Source of the DNA: Kiloniellaceae bacterium
GTDB taxonomy: Bacteria > Pseudomonadota > Alphaproteobacteria > Kiloniellales > Kiloniellaceae
Direction: 5' to 3'
DNA: 49,899 bases
Assembly (NCBI GenBank): GCA_021776145.1
Contig: JAJFGM010000569.1
Location: 1-49,899, forward strand
Below the pieces are notes generated by a model. That model saw nothing but the letters and a program-made list of their open reading frames with translations. It was not told the origin of the DNA and did not search any database. Shown here piece by piece: positions 1 through 10,654 of this stretch (position 1 is the stretch's first letter; each line of letters starts with the position of its first letter). Both the position numbers and the translations under genes were made by a program.

Positions 1-1
1 C

Positions 2-2676
<2,675 letters not shown>

Positions 2677-2686
<10 letters not shown>

Positions 2687-2760
2687 AGGCGACCTGGGCT
2701 AAAGTCGACCTGGGCTAAAGTCGACCGGGGCTAAAGTCGACCGGGGGCTGAAGACGTCCC
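2677..2760. repeat. Five tandem copies of a 16-17 bp unit (cctgggctaaagtcga-like) that starts inside the last gyrA codons
   Basis: Read directly: cctgggctgaaggcga / cctgggctaaagtcga / cctgggctaaagtcga / ccggggctaaagtcga / ccgggggctgaagacgt. Confidence 0.8.
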
Positions 2761-2789
2761 GGGTTCAAACTAGGAAAGCGGTAGAAATC

Positions 2790-3308
2790 ATGGCAGACAG
2801 GCAACCGCTCGTCGGGGTTTATCCCGGGACTTTCGATCCCATAACCAAGGGCCACAGCGACATCATCTCGCGGGCCGCCAGGGTGGTCGACAAGCTGGTC
2901 ATCGCGGTGGCACGGAATGATGGCAAGGGACCGTTGTTCCAGACCGCCGCCCGCGTTGAGATGGTACAGGCCGAGGCCGCGGCCATGCCGAAACATCGCG
3001 CCGAGATAGAGGTCAGGCCTTTCGAGAGCCTGCTGGTGCATTTCTGCCAGGATGTCGGGGCACAGGTCCTGGTGCGCGGCCTGCGCGCCGTCTCGGACTT
3101 CGAGTACGAATTCCAGATGGCGGCGATGAACGCCCGCCAGGACAACGATATCGAGACCGTGTTCTTCATGGCCTCCGAACGGCACCAGTTCATTTCGTCC
3201 CATTTCGTCAAGGAAATCGGCCGTCTGGGCGGCGATATTTCGACCCTGGTCAGCCCCGTCGTGCGCGAGCGCCTGGAAGCCCGCTTCCGCGAACTCAAGG
3301 AGACCTGA
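2790..3308 (+). CDS. coaD: Phosphopantetheine adenylyltransferase
   Basis: 172 aa. N-terminal GVYPGTFDPITKGHSDII nucleotidyltransferase motif and overall PPAT-like sequence. Confidence 0.92.
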   Translation: MADRQPLVGVYPGTFDPITKGHSDIISRAARVVDKLVIAVARNDGKGPLFQTAARVEMVQAEAAAMPKHRAEIEVRPFESLLVHFCQDVGAQVLVRGLRAVSDFEYEFQMAAMNARQDNDIETVFFMASERHQFISSHFVKEIGRLGGDISTLVSPVVRERLEARFRELKET

Positions 3309-3444
3309 GGGCCACCGCGCGCGGCACCCTCAGCACTCCTATTCCGTCGAGGAGTTGACCGGGCGGCGGCACGGCCCTATGTTGCCGCCGCGCTACAGCA
3401 GGCCAGGGACTCCAAGGGGTGCCCCACACCCGCGGTGGCCGTGT

Positions 3445-3520
3445 GGGCCCGTAGCTCAGTTGGTAGAGCAGCTGACTTTTAATCAGCGGGTCACAGGTTC
3501 GAATCCTGTCGGGCTCACCA
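3445..3520 (+). tRNA. tRNA-Lys (anticodon UUU), CCA encoded
   Basis: Cloverleaf read by eye. Acceptor GGGCCCG/CGGGCTC (one G-U pair), D arm GCTC-AGTTGGT-AGAGC, anticodon arm GCTGA-CTTTTAA-TCAGC, T arm ACAGG-TTCGAATC-CTGTC, then A-CCA. Confidence 0.9.
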
Positions 3521-3523
3521 TTT

Positions 3524-3565
3524 AAACCCTTGAAGCCAAACACGGTTTCGAGGGTTTTCTTTTTG
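3524..3565 (+). terminator. Intrinsic terminator after tRNA-Lys
   Basis: About 14-bp stem (aaacccttgaagcc / ggtttcgagggttt) with a 6-nt loop, followed by ttctttttg. Confidence 0.6.
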
Positions 3566-3575
3566 TTCCAAAGCG

Positions 3576-3607
3576 ATGTTTGTAAGTATTGTCAGTTATG
3601 TTTGTAA
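3576..3607. repeat. Direct repeat atgtttgtaa x2 (3576-3585, 3598-3607) just inside attL; possible integrase arm-type sites
   Basis: Two identical 10-mers 22 bp apart in an AT-rich stretch between the tRNA and the first phage gene. Confidence 0.3.
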
Positions 3608-3675
3608 CTTTTGTCGTCGCCCGGTGCTATTTTGTTCACGTCGCCATGATATGAAACCCGACGCGGGGCGTGTTG

Positions 3676-4566
3676 TTAGGTCGGGTCTTTGAGGGCATAG
3701 AACAGATCCCAGCCAGTTCTCGAAATGGTGAACTTAGGTTCAAATTCAGTGCTGCCGGCGGTTCTAGGTTGCATCTTAATCAAGCCCGAGATGCGGACCC
3801 TATCCAAAGCCAAATCCGTGCGATCCGCGTCCCACTGAAATTCTGCGACTTCCTCATGTCCGCCCCTTGGGATCCTGACGTAACGCAACACTGCAGGGAT
3901 TTTGGTAGGGTTGGCAATTGAGCTATCTGTTGTTACTTGCCCGAACGGTCGGTAATCCCGGTTCGCTGTCTCAGCGTTACGGGTCCTGTGGCCCGGCAGG
4001 ATTTCTACGAGTGCCCGTCTGGTGCGCTCACCAAATTCATCTTGGGGCTTGGCCAAAACAAGTGACGAGCGGTCTCTTTCAGGCTGATCGAGTGTCAGTA
4101 CATCGATCAAACTCGCGCAAAGCCGAAAGAACCCAGCGTCGTCTGGCGCCATACGTTCCAAAAGATCCTTATAGATCTTTTGGGGCTCAAGAGGGTTTTC
4201 TGGTTTGGTTACGTTGACAAGAAGGTTCGCCCAGAGATCCTGAAGCGTCGGGTCATCCTCGGTTTCAAGGCCTGCCTCATAGCTGTAAGCAACACGGGGC
4301 GGCACCGGAGTGGCAATGGCCAGGTCGATTCCGGCAGCATCTGCTTTTTGTTTCGCCCGCAGATAAATTGAGCGACGATTCTCCAGGCGCCAGTTGACCT
4401 CTTCTCTGAGGTGCACGCTGAGATCTGTGAGAATACCCCATCCTTGTCCAAATGGCCCCAGAAGATTCGCGCCTATGCGTTCCAAATCGCCAAGCTTTGC
4501 CAGCATCTCACGACCAAGTTTGGCCGATTCCTGTACAGCCTTTGCTGTTTCAGCGTGCTCAGACAT
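3676..4566 (-). CDS. Abi-alpha (DUF4393)-like protein; lower-GC cargo gene between attL and int
   Basis: 296 aa. Central segment VPPRVAYSYEAGLETEDDPTLQDLWANLLVNV...YKDLLERMAPDDAGFF matches the family pattern (P.P...le....D..L..(M/L)(W/F)ANLL ... L..(L/M)sP.(D/E)A). GC is visibly lower than the neighbours. Confidence 0.6.
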   Translation of the reverse strand: MSEHAETAKAVQESAKLGREMLAKLGDLERIGANLLGPFGQGWGILTDLSVHLREEVNWRLENRRSIYLRAKQKADAAGIDLAIATPVPPRVAYSYEAGLETEDDPTLQDLWANLLVNVTKPENPLEPQKIYKDLLERMAPDDAGFFRLCASLIDVLTLDQPERDRSSLVLAKPQDEFGERTRRALVEILPGHRTRNAETANRDYRPFGQVTTDSSIANPTKIPAVLRYVRIPRGGHEEVAEFQWDADRTDLALDRVRISGLIKMQPRTAGSTEFEPKFTISRTGWDLFYALKDPT

Positions 4567-4610
4567 TTTTTTGCCGTCTCCGGAGTTGCTGGTTTTGCCG
4601 TTGACAGCTC

Positions 4611-5684
4611 CTATTCAATTCCTTTGCCAGCCGCGTCGAGACGGGCGATGGCGGCGGCGGCGCGGCGCTTCTTGGCGGTGTACTTGCGGACCATTTCGGC
4701 AGTCTTGTGGCCGGTGATCGCGGCGATGGTTGGCCAGTCGCAGCCGAGTTCGTGCAGGACCGTGGCGGCGGTGTAGCGCAGGCCGTGGCTTGTGCAGTCG
4801 TCGGGCAGGCCGGCGGCGCGATAGGCGTCGCGCATTTCGTGGCGGAAGTGGTCGACCTTGTAGGCGCGGCCGGCGTCGGTGACGAGTATCACGACGTTCT
4901 TGTGCTGCTTTAGCCAGGGCTCCAAGGTGTCGCGTAAGGCCTGGCTGGCGGGAATTTCGACCCTTTCGCCAGTCTTTTCCTGGGCGACCTTGATCCAGCC
5001 GTCCGCCGCATAGTGGCGGCGGTCCATGGCGACTACGTCACCGCCGCGTTGTCCGGTCGCGAGTAGCAATTCAAAGGCGGTGCGTTGGCGCGTACCGATT
5101 GCCCAGATGTCGCGGAAGGCGTCGACTTCGTAGGTTTCCCAAGGCCTGTGGCCATCGCCGGTCTTCAGTTGGCGCGGACGCCGGGCCGGGTTCGACCAGG
5201 CCGGTGGCAAACCGAAACGGCGCTTGCGGTCCTCGGCAAAGTTGAGAATGAGGCGCAGGACCGACAGCAGATAGTTGGCGGTGCGCGGTGTTGCCTGGTA
5301 GGCGTCGCGCAATTCGAAGATGAAATCGCGCGGCATGGCGCGGACCTTCAGGTCGCCATAGTGTTCTTTCAGGCGGTCGAGATAGCGGCCGTAATCGCGC
5401 CGCGTCTTCGGCTTCAATTGCGTGAAGTCCGGCGCGGCGCGATAGGCCTCGATCAATGCCGCCAGGGTGCCGGCGCCGGCCGATTGCGGGCCTGTGGCCT
5501 CAAAAGATTCGTGCGTGCGTCGGTAAGCGTCGAGCCATTCCGGCGTGCCGACACTGCCCGGAATGCGAATGCAGAGGCCGTCGCGGCGGTAGTAGGAATA
5601 GACGCGGCCACGCTGGCGGAAAACGTTTATGTGGGGCAGTTCAATTTTGGTCACGCCTTGGCGTTCCTGACTCGCTTCATCCAA
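4611..5684 (-). CDS. int: Tyrosine recombinase / phage integrase
   Basis: C-terminal catalytic region HGLRYTAATVLHELGCDWPTIAAITGHKTAEMVRKYT (H-x-x-R ... H ... Y). An alternative GTG start at 5654 would give a GTGA overlap with the xis stop. Confidence 0.92.
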   Translation of the reverse strand: MDEASQERQGVTKIELPHINVFRQRGRVYSYYRRDGLCIRIPGSVGTPEWLDAYRRTHESFEATGPQSAGAGTLAALIEAYRAAPDFTQLKPKTRRDYGRYLDRLKEHYGDLKVRAMPRDFIFELRDAYQATPRTANYLLSVLRLILNFAEDRKRRFGLPPAWSNPARRPRQLKTGDGHRPWETYEVDAFRDIWAIGTRQRTAFELLLATGQRGGDVVAMDRRHYAADGWIKVAQEKTGERVEIPASQALRDTLEPWLKQHKNVVILVTDAGRAYKVDHFRHEMRDAYRAAGLPDDCTSHGLRYTAATVLHELGCDWPTIAAITGHKTAEMVRKYTAKKRRAAAAIARLDAAGKGIE

Positions 5685-5938
5685 TCTTCGGCGTCGGCGT
5701 CATTGCCGGGTGTGTCGGTCGGCAATGCTGCGCTAATGCCGGCCTTGGCGTCAAGCCAGGCGTCGAGGTGATCGCGCAGCCAAACCTTTCGGCCGGCGGT
5801 GATCCAAACCGGCGCCGGCAGGTTCCCGGCGTCGACTTCGCGATAGAAATTGGTATTTGAGATCCCGAGATAGTCGGCCGCTATCGTGGCGCCGAGGCAG
5901 CGCGGCCAGTCCGGTAGATGGGATAGGTCACGAGCCAT
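5651..5938 (-). CDS. Excisionase / AlpA-like HTH DNA-binding protein
   Basis: 95 aa. CLGATIAADYLGISNTNFYREVDAGNLPAPVWITAGRKVWLRDHLDAWL is a typical small phage HTH. It lies immediately upstream of int in the same operon. Confidence 0.7.
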   Translation of the reverse strand: MARDLSHLPDWPRCLGATIAADYLGISNTNFYREVDAGNLPAPVWITAGRKVWLRDHLDAWLDAKAGISAALPTDTPGNDADAEDWMKRVRNAKA

Positions 5939-6134
5939 GGCGCGCGGCCTTTGGTGTCGCAGTAGGCCAGGGCGCGCGCGCCCAAGCGTCGGCGTTGGCC
6001 TTGCGGGCTTCGGCCATGGCCAGGGCCTGGCGCGGGGAGACGCGGCGGATCGTTGCGCGGCAGTTTGGGCAGGCCTGTAACCGGGTGATCGTACCGCACG
6101 ACTGGCAGGCCTTGGCGGGAAGTAGGCCGGTCAT
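5928..6134 (-). CDS. Small zinc-ribbon protein (hypothetical)
   Basis: 68 aa from the internal ATG of ORF 5928..6374. Has CQSC...CPNC pairs. ATGA overlap with the stop of the upstream gene at 6131-6134. Confidence 0.45.
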   Translation of the reverse strand: MTGLLPAKACQSCGTITRLQACPNCRATIRRVSPRQALAMAEARKANADAWARAPWPTATPKAARHGS

Positions 6135-6490
6135 GAGGTCGGATCCCGGTTGGCCAATTTGAGCAGAACGTCGGCGTGGCAGGGGTCGCCCGGTTTGCAC
6201 CAACAGGCAAGGTTCTTGCCGCGCAGCTCGAGGCGCGCTTCGATTCGCAAACGCTGCGACAGGAAGCGCCGATAGAGCCTCACTGCATCGGCCGCGTCTT
6301 CGGCGACGACCTGGACGGGTTTGATACCGTTCGGCCGGGTGTTCCATTCGCCGATAACGAAGGGGTTGCCCCATTTCGTCGGGCGGGCGACCGAGGCCGT
6401 GTTCGGCGGCATACGCCAGCCCTTGGTTCGCCTGAGTTGAACGCGCTGCGGGCTGGCCTGCCCGCCGGAGCCTTGGCGAAGGCGGGTCAT
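6131..6490 (-). CDS. DUF4326 domain protein
   Basis: 119 aa from the internal ATG. RVQLRRTKGWRMPPNTASVARPTKWGNPF ... LACWCKPGDPCHADVLL is the DUF4326 signature. ATGA overlap with the stop of the gene at 6487. Confidence 0.75.
   Translation of the reverse strand: MTRLRQGSGGQASPQRVQLRRTKGWRMPPNTASVARPTKWGNPFVIGEWNTRPNGIKPVQVVAEDAADAVRLYRRFLSQRLRIEARLELRGKNLACWCKPGDPCHADVLLKLANRDPTS
6461..6486. repeat. REP-like hairpin copy 1 (cccgccggagccttggcgaaggcggg)
   Basis: 26-mer identical to 12448-12473. Near-identical inverted copies at 7363-7388 and 49479-49504. Confidence 0.7.
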
Positions 6491-7344
6491 GGCAAAAACC
6501 CTTTCGGGAATTCGCGGACCTGCAGGTCCGGGGGGAAGCCGGCGAAGTCCTTGAAGTCGGGGCCGTTGGCCTGGCCGCCTTGCTTCATGAAGAAGGCTGT
6601 ATCGGCGTCGCGGCATTGGCGCAGGAGATCGCGCGGCCAATCCCAATTATACAGCCGGGCGCCGGGGCCGCTTTCGCCGCCACATATGACTTGGTCAATC
6701 CCGGAAAGATCAACGTCGCCGAGATCTTCCAGCAACGGTTCGGCGGAGACAAAGCGGTAAGCCGCCGGGGTATCGCGCAGTGGCCCGAGCCGGTCCTTGC
6801 GCTTGCGGTCCTCGAGCGAGACGCCGAGGGCGACATTGGAGAGCGGCCAGGGTCGCTTAGACCAGAGCGGGCTGTCGAGGAGTCGCAGGGCAATCTGATC
6901 AATTCGCAACATCGCGCCACGACCAAGGAAGTAGTCCCGCATTCGGCCTGCACGTTTGGTGAGGACCTGGAAGCGGTGTTGCGGGCAGAGCGCCATGACG
7001 GCGAAGACCTCGTCGATCCAGGCGTCGGGCGTGTCTTCGTGGAAGAGGTCGCCCATGCTGTTCACAAAGTATGTCGTCGGCTTTTTGCGCTTCAGGGGCG
7101 CCAGCATCGTGCGTTGTGGCGCCTTGGCGATCTTGCCGGTCCAGACGGGGCCGCGGTCGCTCGGCTGCGTCGTGCCGGCGTAGTGGGGCACTTGCGGGTT
7201 GCCGTCGAGGCGGGCGCCGGCGAAGCGCATGGCATAGCAGTTGCGGCAGCCCGGCGACTCGATCTCGCAGCCGACGATGGGATTCCAGGTCTTGCCGGGG
7301 CTACCATCGGCGTTGCGGACCCATTCGATCTTGGTCATGGCCAA
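6487..7344 (-). CDS. Phage Gp37/Gp68 family protein (DUF5131)
   Basis: N-terminus MTKIEWVRNADGSPGKTWNPIVGCEIESPGCRNCYA is the family signature. 285 aa. Confidence 0.85.
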   Translation of the reverse strand: MAMTKIEWVRNADGSPGKTWNPIVGCEIESPGCRNCYAMRFAGARLDGNPQVPHYAGTTQPSDRGPVWTGKIAKAPQRTMLAPLKRKKPTTYFVNSMGDLFHEDTPDAWIDEVFAVMALCPQHRFQVLTKRAGRMRDYFLGRGAMLRIDQIALRLLDSPLWSKRPWPLSNVALGVSLEDRKRKDRLGPLRDTPAAYRFVSAEPLLEDLGDVDLSGIDQVICGGESGPGARLYNWDWPRDLLRQCRDADTAFFMKQGGQANGPDFKDFAGFPPDLQVREFPKGFLP

Positions 7345-7362
7345 AGACCAGAGATCAGAGGA

Positions 7363-7388
7363 CCCGCCTTCGCCGAGGCTTCGGCGGG
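7363..7388. repeat. REP-like hairpin copy 2 (inverted orientation)
   Basis: cccgccttcgccgaggcttcggcggg differs from the reverse complement of copy 1 at 2 positions. Intergenic. Confidence 0.7.
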
Positions 7389-7429
7389 CGGACAGGGATC
7401 AGAAGCGTCGGCGGTGAAGCGGGGGCGGC

Positions 7430-7663
7430 TCATTGCAGCATCGCCGGCGTGAAGAGTGGGGCGCGGTCGATATCCTCGACCATGGCATCGACGGCGAGGA
7501 AGAAACCGCCGATGAAGAGGCCGAAGGCGATGGCGTAGACGGCGAGGACGGCGACAAGCCGCAAAATCATCGCCTGTTGCTCGCCTGCGTCGGACAAAAA
7601 AGTGGCGCGTCGCCGGGATCGACGAACGCGCCAGTTTGGAGAAAGTGTGGCGGGTCGGTTCAT
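7430..7663 (-). CDS. Small membrane protein (hypothetical)
   Basis: 77 aa with a hydrophobic stretch ILRLVAVLAVYAIAFGLFIGGFFLAV. ATGA overlap with the upstream gene's stop at 7660-7663. Confidence 0.45.
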   Translation of the reverse strand: MNRPATLSPNWRVRRSRRRATFLSDAGEQQAMILRLVAVLAVYAIAFGLFIGGFFLAVDAMVEDIDRAPLFTPAMLQ

Positions 7664-7953
7664 GCCGGATCGGCGGCGCCGCCGTTGCTCTGGCCGCTGT
7701 TGAGTTTGATGACGTTGTCGACGTCGCGCGCGGTGACGGCGGCGGCGACCAGACGCGGCAGCCCGGTATGGACCGAGGCTGCCATGATGTCGCGTTCCTT
7801 TTCGGCCGGGTACTTGGCGATCAGGGTCGCGATCGTCTTTTGCAGTTCGTAAATCAACGCCTGGGGGTCGGCGTGAAGCGCCAGGTCATCCGCGACCAGG
7901 GCGTCGACCTTGCGCGCGAAGTCGGCGGCGTGTGGGTTGCTGTCGTTTGGCAT
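7660..7953 (-). CDS. Hypothetical protein, first gene of the leftward early operon
   Basis: 97-aa ORF with normal composition, translationally coupled to the next gene. Confidence 0.5.
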   Translation of the reverse strand: MPNDSNPHAADFARKVDALVADDLALHADPQALIYELQKTIATLIAKYPAEKERDIMAASVHTGLPRLVAAAVTARDVDNVIKLNSGQSNGGAADPA

Positions 7954-8166
7954 TTTCGTTCCCTCATTGTGTTGGCCTAGTGGCCGCGTCCGTAATGGCG
8001 GAGCCTTCCCGTTGAGGTTGACTAGGGAAACACATAAAAATTTGCGCTGTCAACGAAAACTGTTTAAAAAAAACGCTTCAGGTCGATAAAAAATATCGCA
8101 TACGAATCATCTGTTGCGGGAAACAACCAAAGATGATCATCTAACTGGCGAGAAGCTGGAGCGGAA

Positions 8167-8472
8167 ATGATAGACAGCGACGGACAATTACACGTCTCGG
8201 TGTATGTCGATCCGAGTCGGGGTGTCGGATATTGCGACCAGATTGAGGCCGAGCTGGCCGGTGTCGATGTCCGGCGCCTGGGTAAATTCAACGTCGCGGG
8301 ACCGCTGCATCAAATCGCCTGGTTGTGCTTCGACAAACATGAGGGCTTGGTGTTGATCTCTAACGACGATGATCTCGTTTCTGGTTTAGTCTCCGGGACG
8401 TTATTGAAGGCGCGCCAAATCCCAATTGTGCAAGCGAGCGTTGGCCGCTTTTTGAAATCGCTGCTGGCCTAA
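8167..8472 (+). CDS. Hypothetical protein in a low-GC pocket
   Basis: 101-aa ORF with a GGAG-like RBS upstream. The local GC drop (about 7980-8560) suggests acquired cargo. The competing antisense ORF 8064..8291 is less protein-like. Confidence 0.35.
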   Translation: MIDSDGQLHVSVYVDPSRGVGYCDQIEAELAGVDVRRLGKFNVAGPLHQIAWLCFDKHEGLVLISNDDDLVSGLVSGTLLKARQIPIVQASVGRFLKSLLA

Positions 8473-8582
8473 ATGGCACTGGAAGTGCCGATCAAGATAT
8501 AGCGATGGCTCGCACTTAGCAGCTAACTCACAGAAAATCCTATTCAGCGCCCACTCATATTGACAGGCGTGTTTTTTGCCGC

Positions 8583-9389
8583 GTGCACCTGGCGCGCTTG
8601 GGCGCGATTATGTCGCGCGACAAGGCATCGGGAGGGGGCGGTATGCATTTGGTCGAGGGGGTCGCCTTGGAAGACCCCAGGGACAGCATCGCGCTGTTTG
8701 TGAGGCGTGCTGCGGCGCAGGCGCAAGGCGCGGGAATAGATTTTCATCTACACGACGATTTCGAGCGTTACATGGCGGTCAATCGAGCCTGCCGAGATAG
8801 TTGGTACCAGTCGCAGTCGACTTTCGACCCGGCGTTCGGGCGGTTGGACCGGGCCTTTTGGATCGAGGCACGGGCACGGCAGGACGGGCAGTTGGCGGCG
8901 ACATTTGCCGAGCGCTTGTTCGTTGTGCGTGACGGTACATTGGCGGATTTTCTTGCAGAGTTGCGATTGTTTTATGACGAGCCTCGGCGCGATGCGCGTG
9001 CGGGGGAATCCTGCGAAGTGTTTTCTTCAGCCGCCAAGCGCATGCGCGGCCGGATTAGCTACAACGGTGGAATGTGGGTGCACCCGACGTGGCGCCAAGG
9101 TGCTGCACGATTGCGCTTGTCGGCTGTAATGGCCAGGATCTCGCGGGCACTGTCGATATTGCGCTGGCGCCCTGACTATGTGTTCGGCCTAGCCGAGCCG
9201 GTGATCGCGGAAAAAGGGTTGGTCGCCGGCTATGGCTTCCGGCACGTTGAGCCGGGAGTTCGTTGGCGTGGTTCGCTCTATGGCGATGACTACGCGCTAA
9301 CGCTGTGCTGGATGGATCAGCCGGAAATGATCCAAGAAATTAATGATTTCATGCAACTAGCCGACAACTACCCGCTTTCAGCTCGGTAA
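8583..9389 (+). CDS. Hypothetical protein (start uncertain: GTG 8583, ATG 8610 or 8643)
   Basis: 268-aa ORF. GRISYNGGMWVHPTWRQGAARLRLSAVMARISRAL faintly resembles a GNAT motif-A region, but this is not a secure assignment. Its 3' end overlaps the convergent gene 9349..10095 by 41 nt. Confidence 0.45.
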   Translation: MHLARLGAIMSRDKASGGGGMHLVEGVALEDPRDSIALFVRRAAAQAQGAGIDFHLHDDFERYMAVNRACRDSWYQSQSTFDPAFGRLDRAFWIEARARQDGQLAATFAERLFVVRDGTLADFLAELRLFYDEPRRDARAGESCEVFSSAAKRMRGRISYNGGMWVHPTWRQGAARLRLSAVMARISRALSILRWRPDYVFGLAEPVIAEKGLVAGYGFRHVEPGVRWRGSLYGDDYALTLCWMDQPEMIQEINDFMQLADNYPLSAR

Positions 9390-10095
9390 CGCAAATGAGT
9401 GCGGGTTCGCCGCTTTGCATGCGGGCTGGCAGCAGCCCGCGTTCATAGTTGATGCGACGGTCAATCGGCGCGCGTTCGAGCGTGGCGTCGAGCCATTCCC
9501 GGCGCGGCAAGCAGTCCGAAAGGACCGCGCGATAATGGGCCAAGGTCCAGGCATTGTATCTCTGATCTGTATCGTCCAGATCGGCGCGTGCGCCAACGGA
9601 TTTGTCGCACCAATCCGCGCCTAGGGTGCGGCTGATATCGTCGCCGATCCATCGATAGACCAACCCGCCGTCGGATTCGTTGTGTGAGAGGATGGTACAG
9701 TGTTGAAGTAGATTGTTTTCATCCAAGGCGGCAAAAATCTCACCGTCTATTAGGGCGCCGTTGCGGTCCCAGGCTTGGCAGACAGCGCCGATGCGCGTGG
9801 CGGCGTCGCAAGGCTCGCCCGCTGACCAGGCGCGGAAACGAAAGGCCACCGTCGTTAAGTCGAGCGCCTTGAGTTCATGCAAACGGGCTATCGCTTTGGC
9901 CGGCGCAAGAAATGTCTCGTCCATATACCAGCGCGCCGTTTGCACACGGATTCTTGTGTTGTCGAACTCGCCGGATCCGGCCTTGTCGATAGCTTCGCTT
10001 AAGTCTGGCGCGTTAGTTCCATCAAGACGGCATGTCACCGTTAAGACGTCGTGGCGGGTCGCACAGGCTACGGCGGTTTTCATTTCCGTCCTCAT
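9349..10095 (-). CDS. Hypothetical 248-aa protein co-transcribed with the repressor; C-terminal PAS-like region
   Basis: ATGA overlap with the repressor stop (10092-10095). The C-terminal half (LVYRWIGDDISRTLGADWCDKSVG...YRAVLSDCLPRRE...INYERGLLP) resembles the alphaproteobacterial PAS-like fold family. Low certainty. Confidence 0.55.
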   Translation of the reverse strand: MRTEMKTAVACATRHDVLTVTCRLDGTNAPDLSEAIDKAGSGEFDNTRIRVQTARWYMDETFLAPAKAIARLHELKALDLTTVAFRFRAWSAGEPCDAATRIGAVCQAWDRNGALIDGEIFAALDENNLLQHCTILSHNESDGGLVYRWIGDDISRTLGADWCDKSVGARADLDDTDQRYNAWTLAHYRAVLSDCLPRREWLDATLERAPIDRRINYERGLLPARMQSGEPALICVTELKAGSCRLVA

Positions 10096-10496
10096 TTGCC
10101 GCCGCGAATGCGCAAAATCTTGTTTATGGCATTGAATTTGTTAATCGGTATCGTCTCGCGAATCAGAATGCGGACTTTGCCGGGGCCGGCCTGATAAACC
10201 TCAAAAATATCGTCGCCGGTGTCGTTCTCGAAATACTTGTCTATGTCGTCTCCCAGGTCGGCAGGGCCAAGCTCGGCATCGTTTTCGTTGCCGTCGCTCT
10301 TGAAAAAGTGTTCTGGCGGAACGTCGAGAACGTTCGCGATTTTGACCACGGATTCGATGTTGGGCCGCGAGCCGCGTTCCCAATTGCGCAGGCTGGAATC
10401 CGCCAATTCGGCGGCTTTGAGCATCGCCGTTTTGGTGAGTTTCAACTCGCGACGTCGCGCATCGACGCGTGTCAAAAAGTCTTCCACCAGTTTCAT
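10092..10496 (-). CDS. XRE/CI-like HTH repressor
   Basis: LKLTKTAMLKAAELADSSLRNWERGSRPNIESVVKIANVLDV is a classic XRE HTH. It is divergent from the rightward early operon. Confidence 0.85.
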   Translation of the reverse strand: MKLVEDFLTRVDARRRELKLTKTAMLKAAELADSSLRNWERGSRPNIESVVKIANVLDVPPEHFFKSDGNENDAELGPADLGDDIDKYFENDTGDDIFEVYQAGPGKVRILIRETIPINKFNAINKILRIRGGK

Positions 10497-10654
10497 GCGC
10501 TAATAATGACGCATCAGAAAGCATGCGTCACCCGCATAATTTTGCACACTCTAAGCGGAAAACGTTAAATTTATCGTTGACGGTGTTTAAAAAAAGCAGA
10601 TATCGTGCCCGTCACGCGGAGGGATACAACCTTTAGTGACGGGTACTAAATCTT
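10497..10654. promoter_or_regulatory. Divergent immunity-switch region with repeated TGACG/CGTCA half-sites and a -35/-10-like pair
   Basis: Perfect 8-bp inverted repeat tgacgcat(10507-10514)/atgcgtca(10523-10530). Further TGACG-type half-sites at about 10578, 10608 and 10637. TTGACG (10577-10582), 16 nt, then GATATC (10599-10604), facing the 10655 gene. Confidence 0.5.

Noticed and set aside
3295-3543. 82-aa minus-strand ORF covering the tRNA-Lys locus.
   Set aside because: It overlaps a well-formed tRNA cloverleaf and its terminator, so it is not coding.
6131-6646. Full 171-aa version of the DUF4326 ORF, and the 148-aa ORF 5928..6374.
   Set aside because: The upstream parts are Arg/Pro-rich and overlap the Gp37/68 and DUF4326 genes. 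Internal ATGs give ATGA stop-start coupling and family-typical N-termini.
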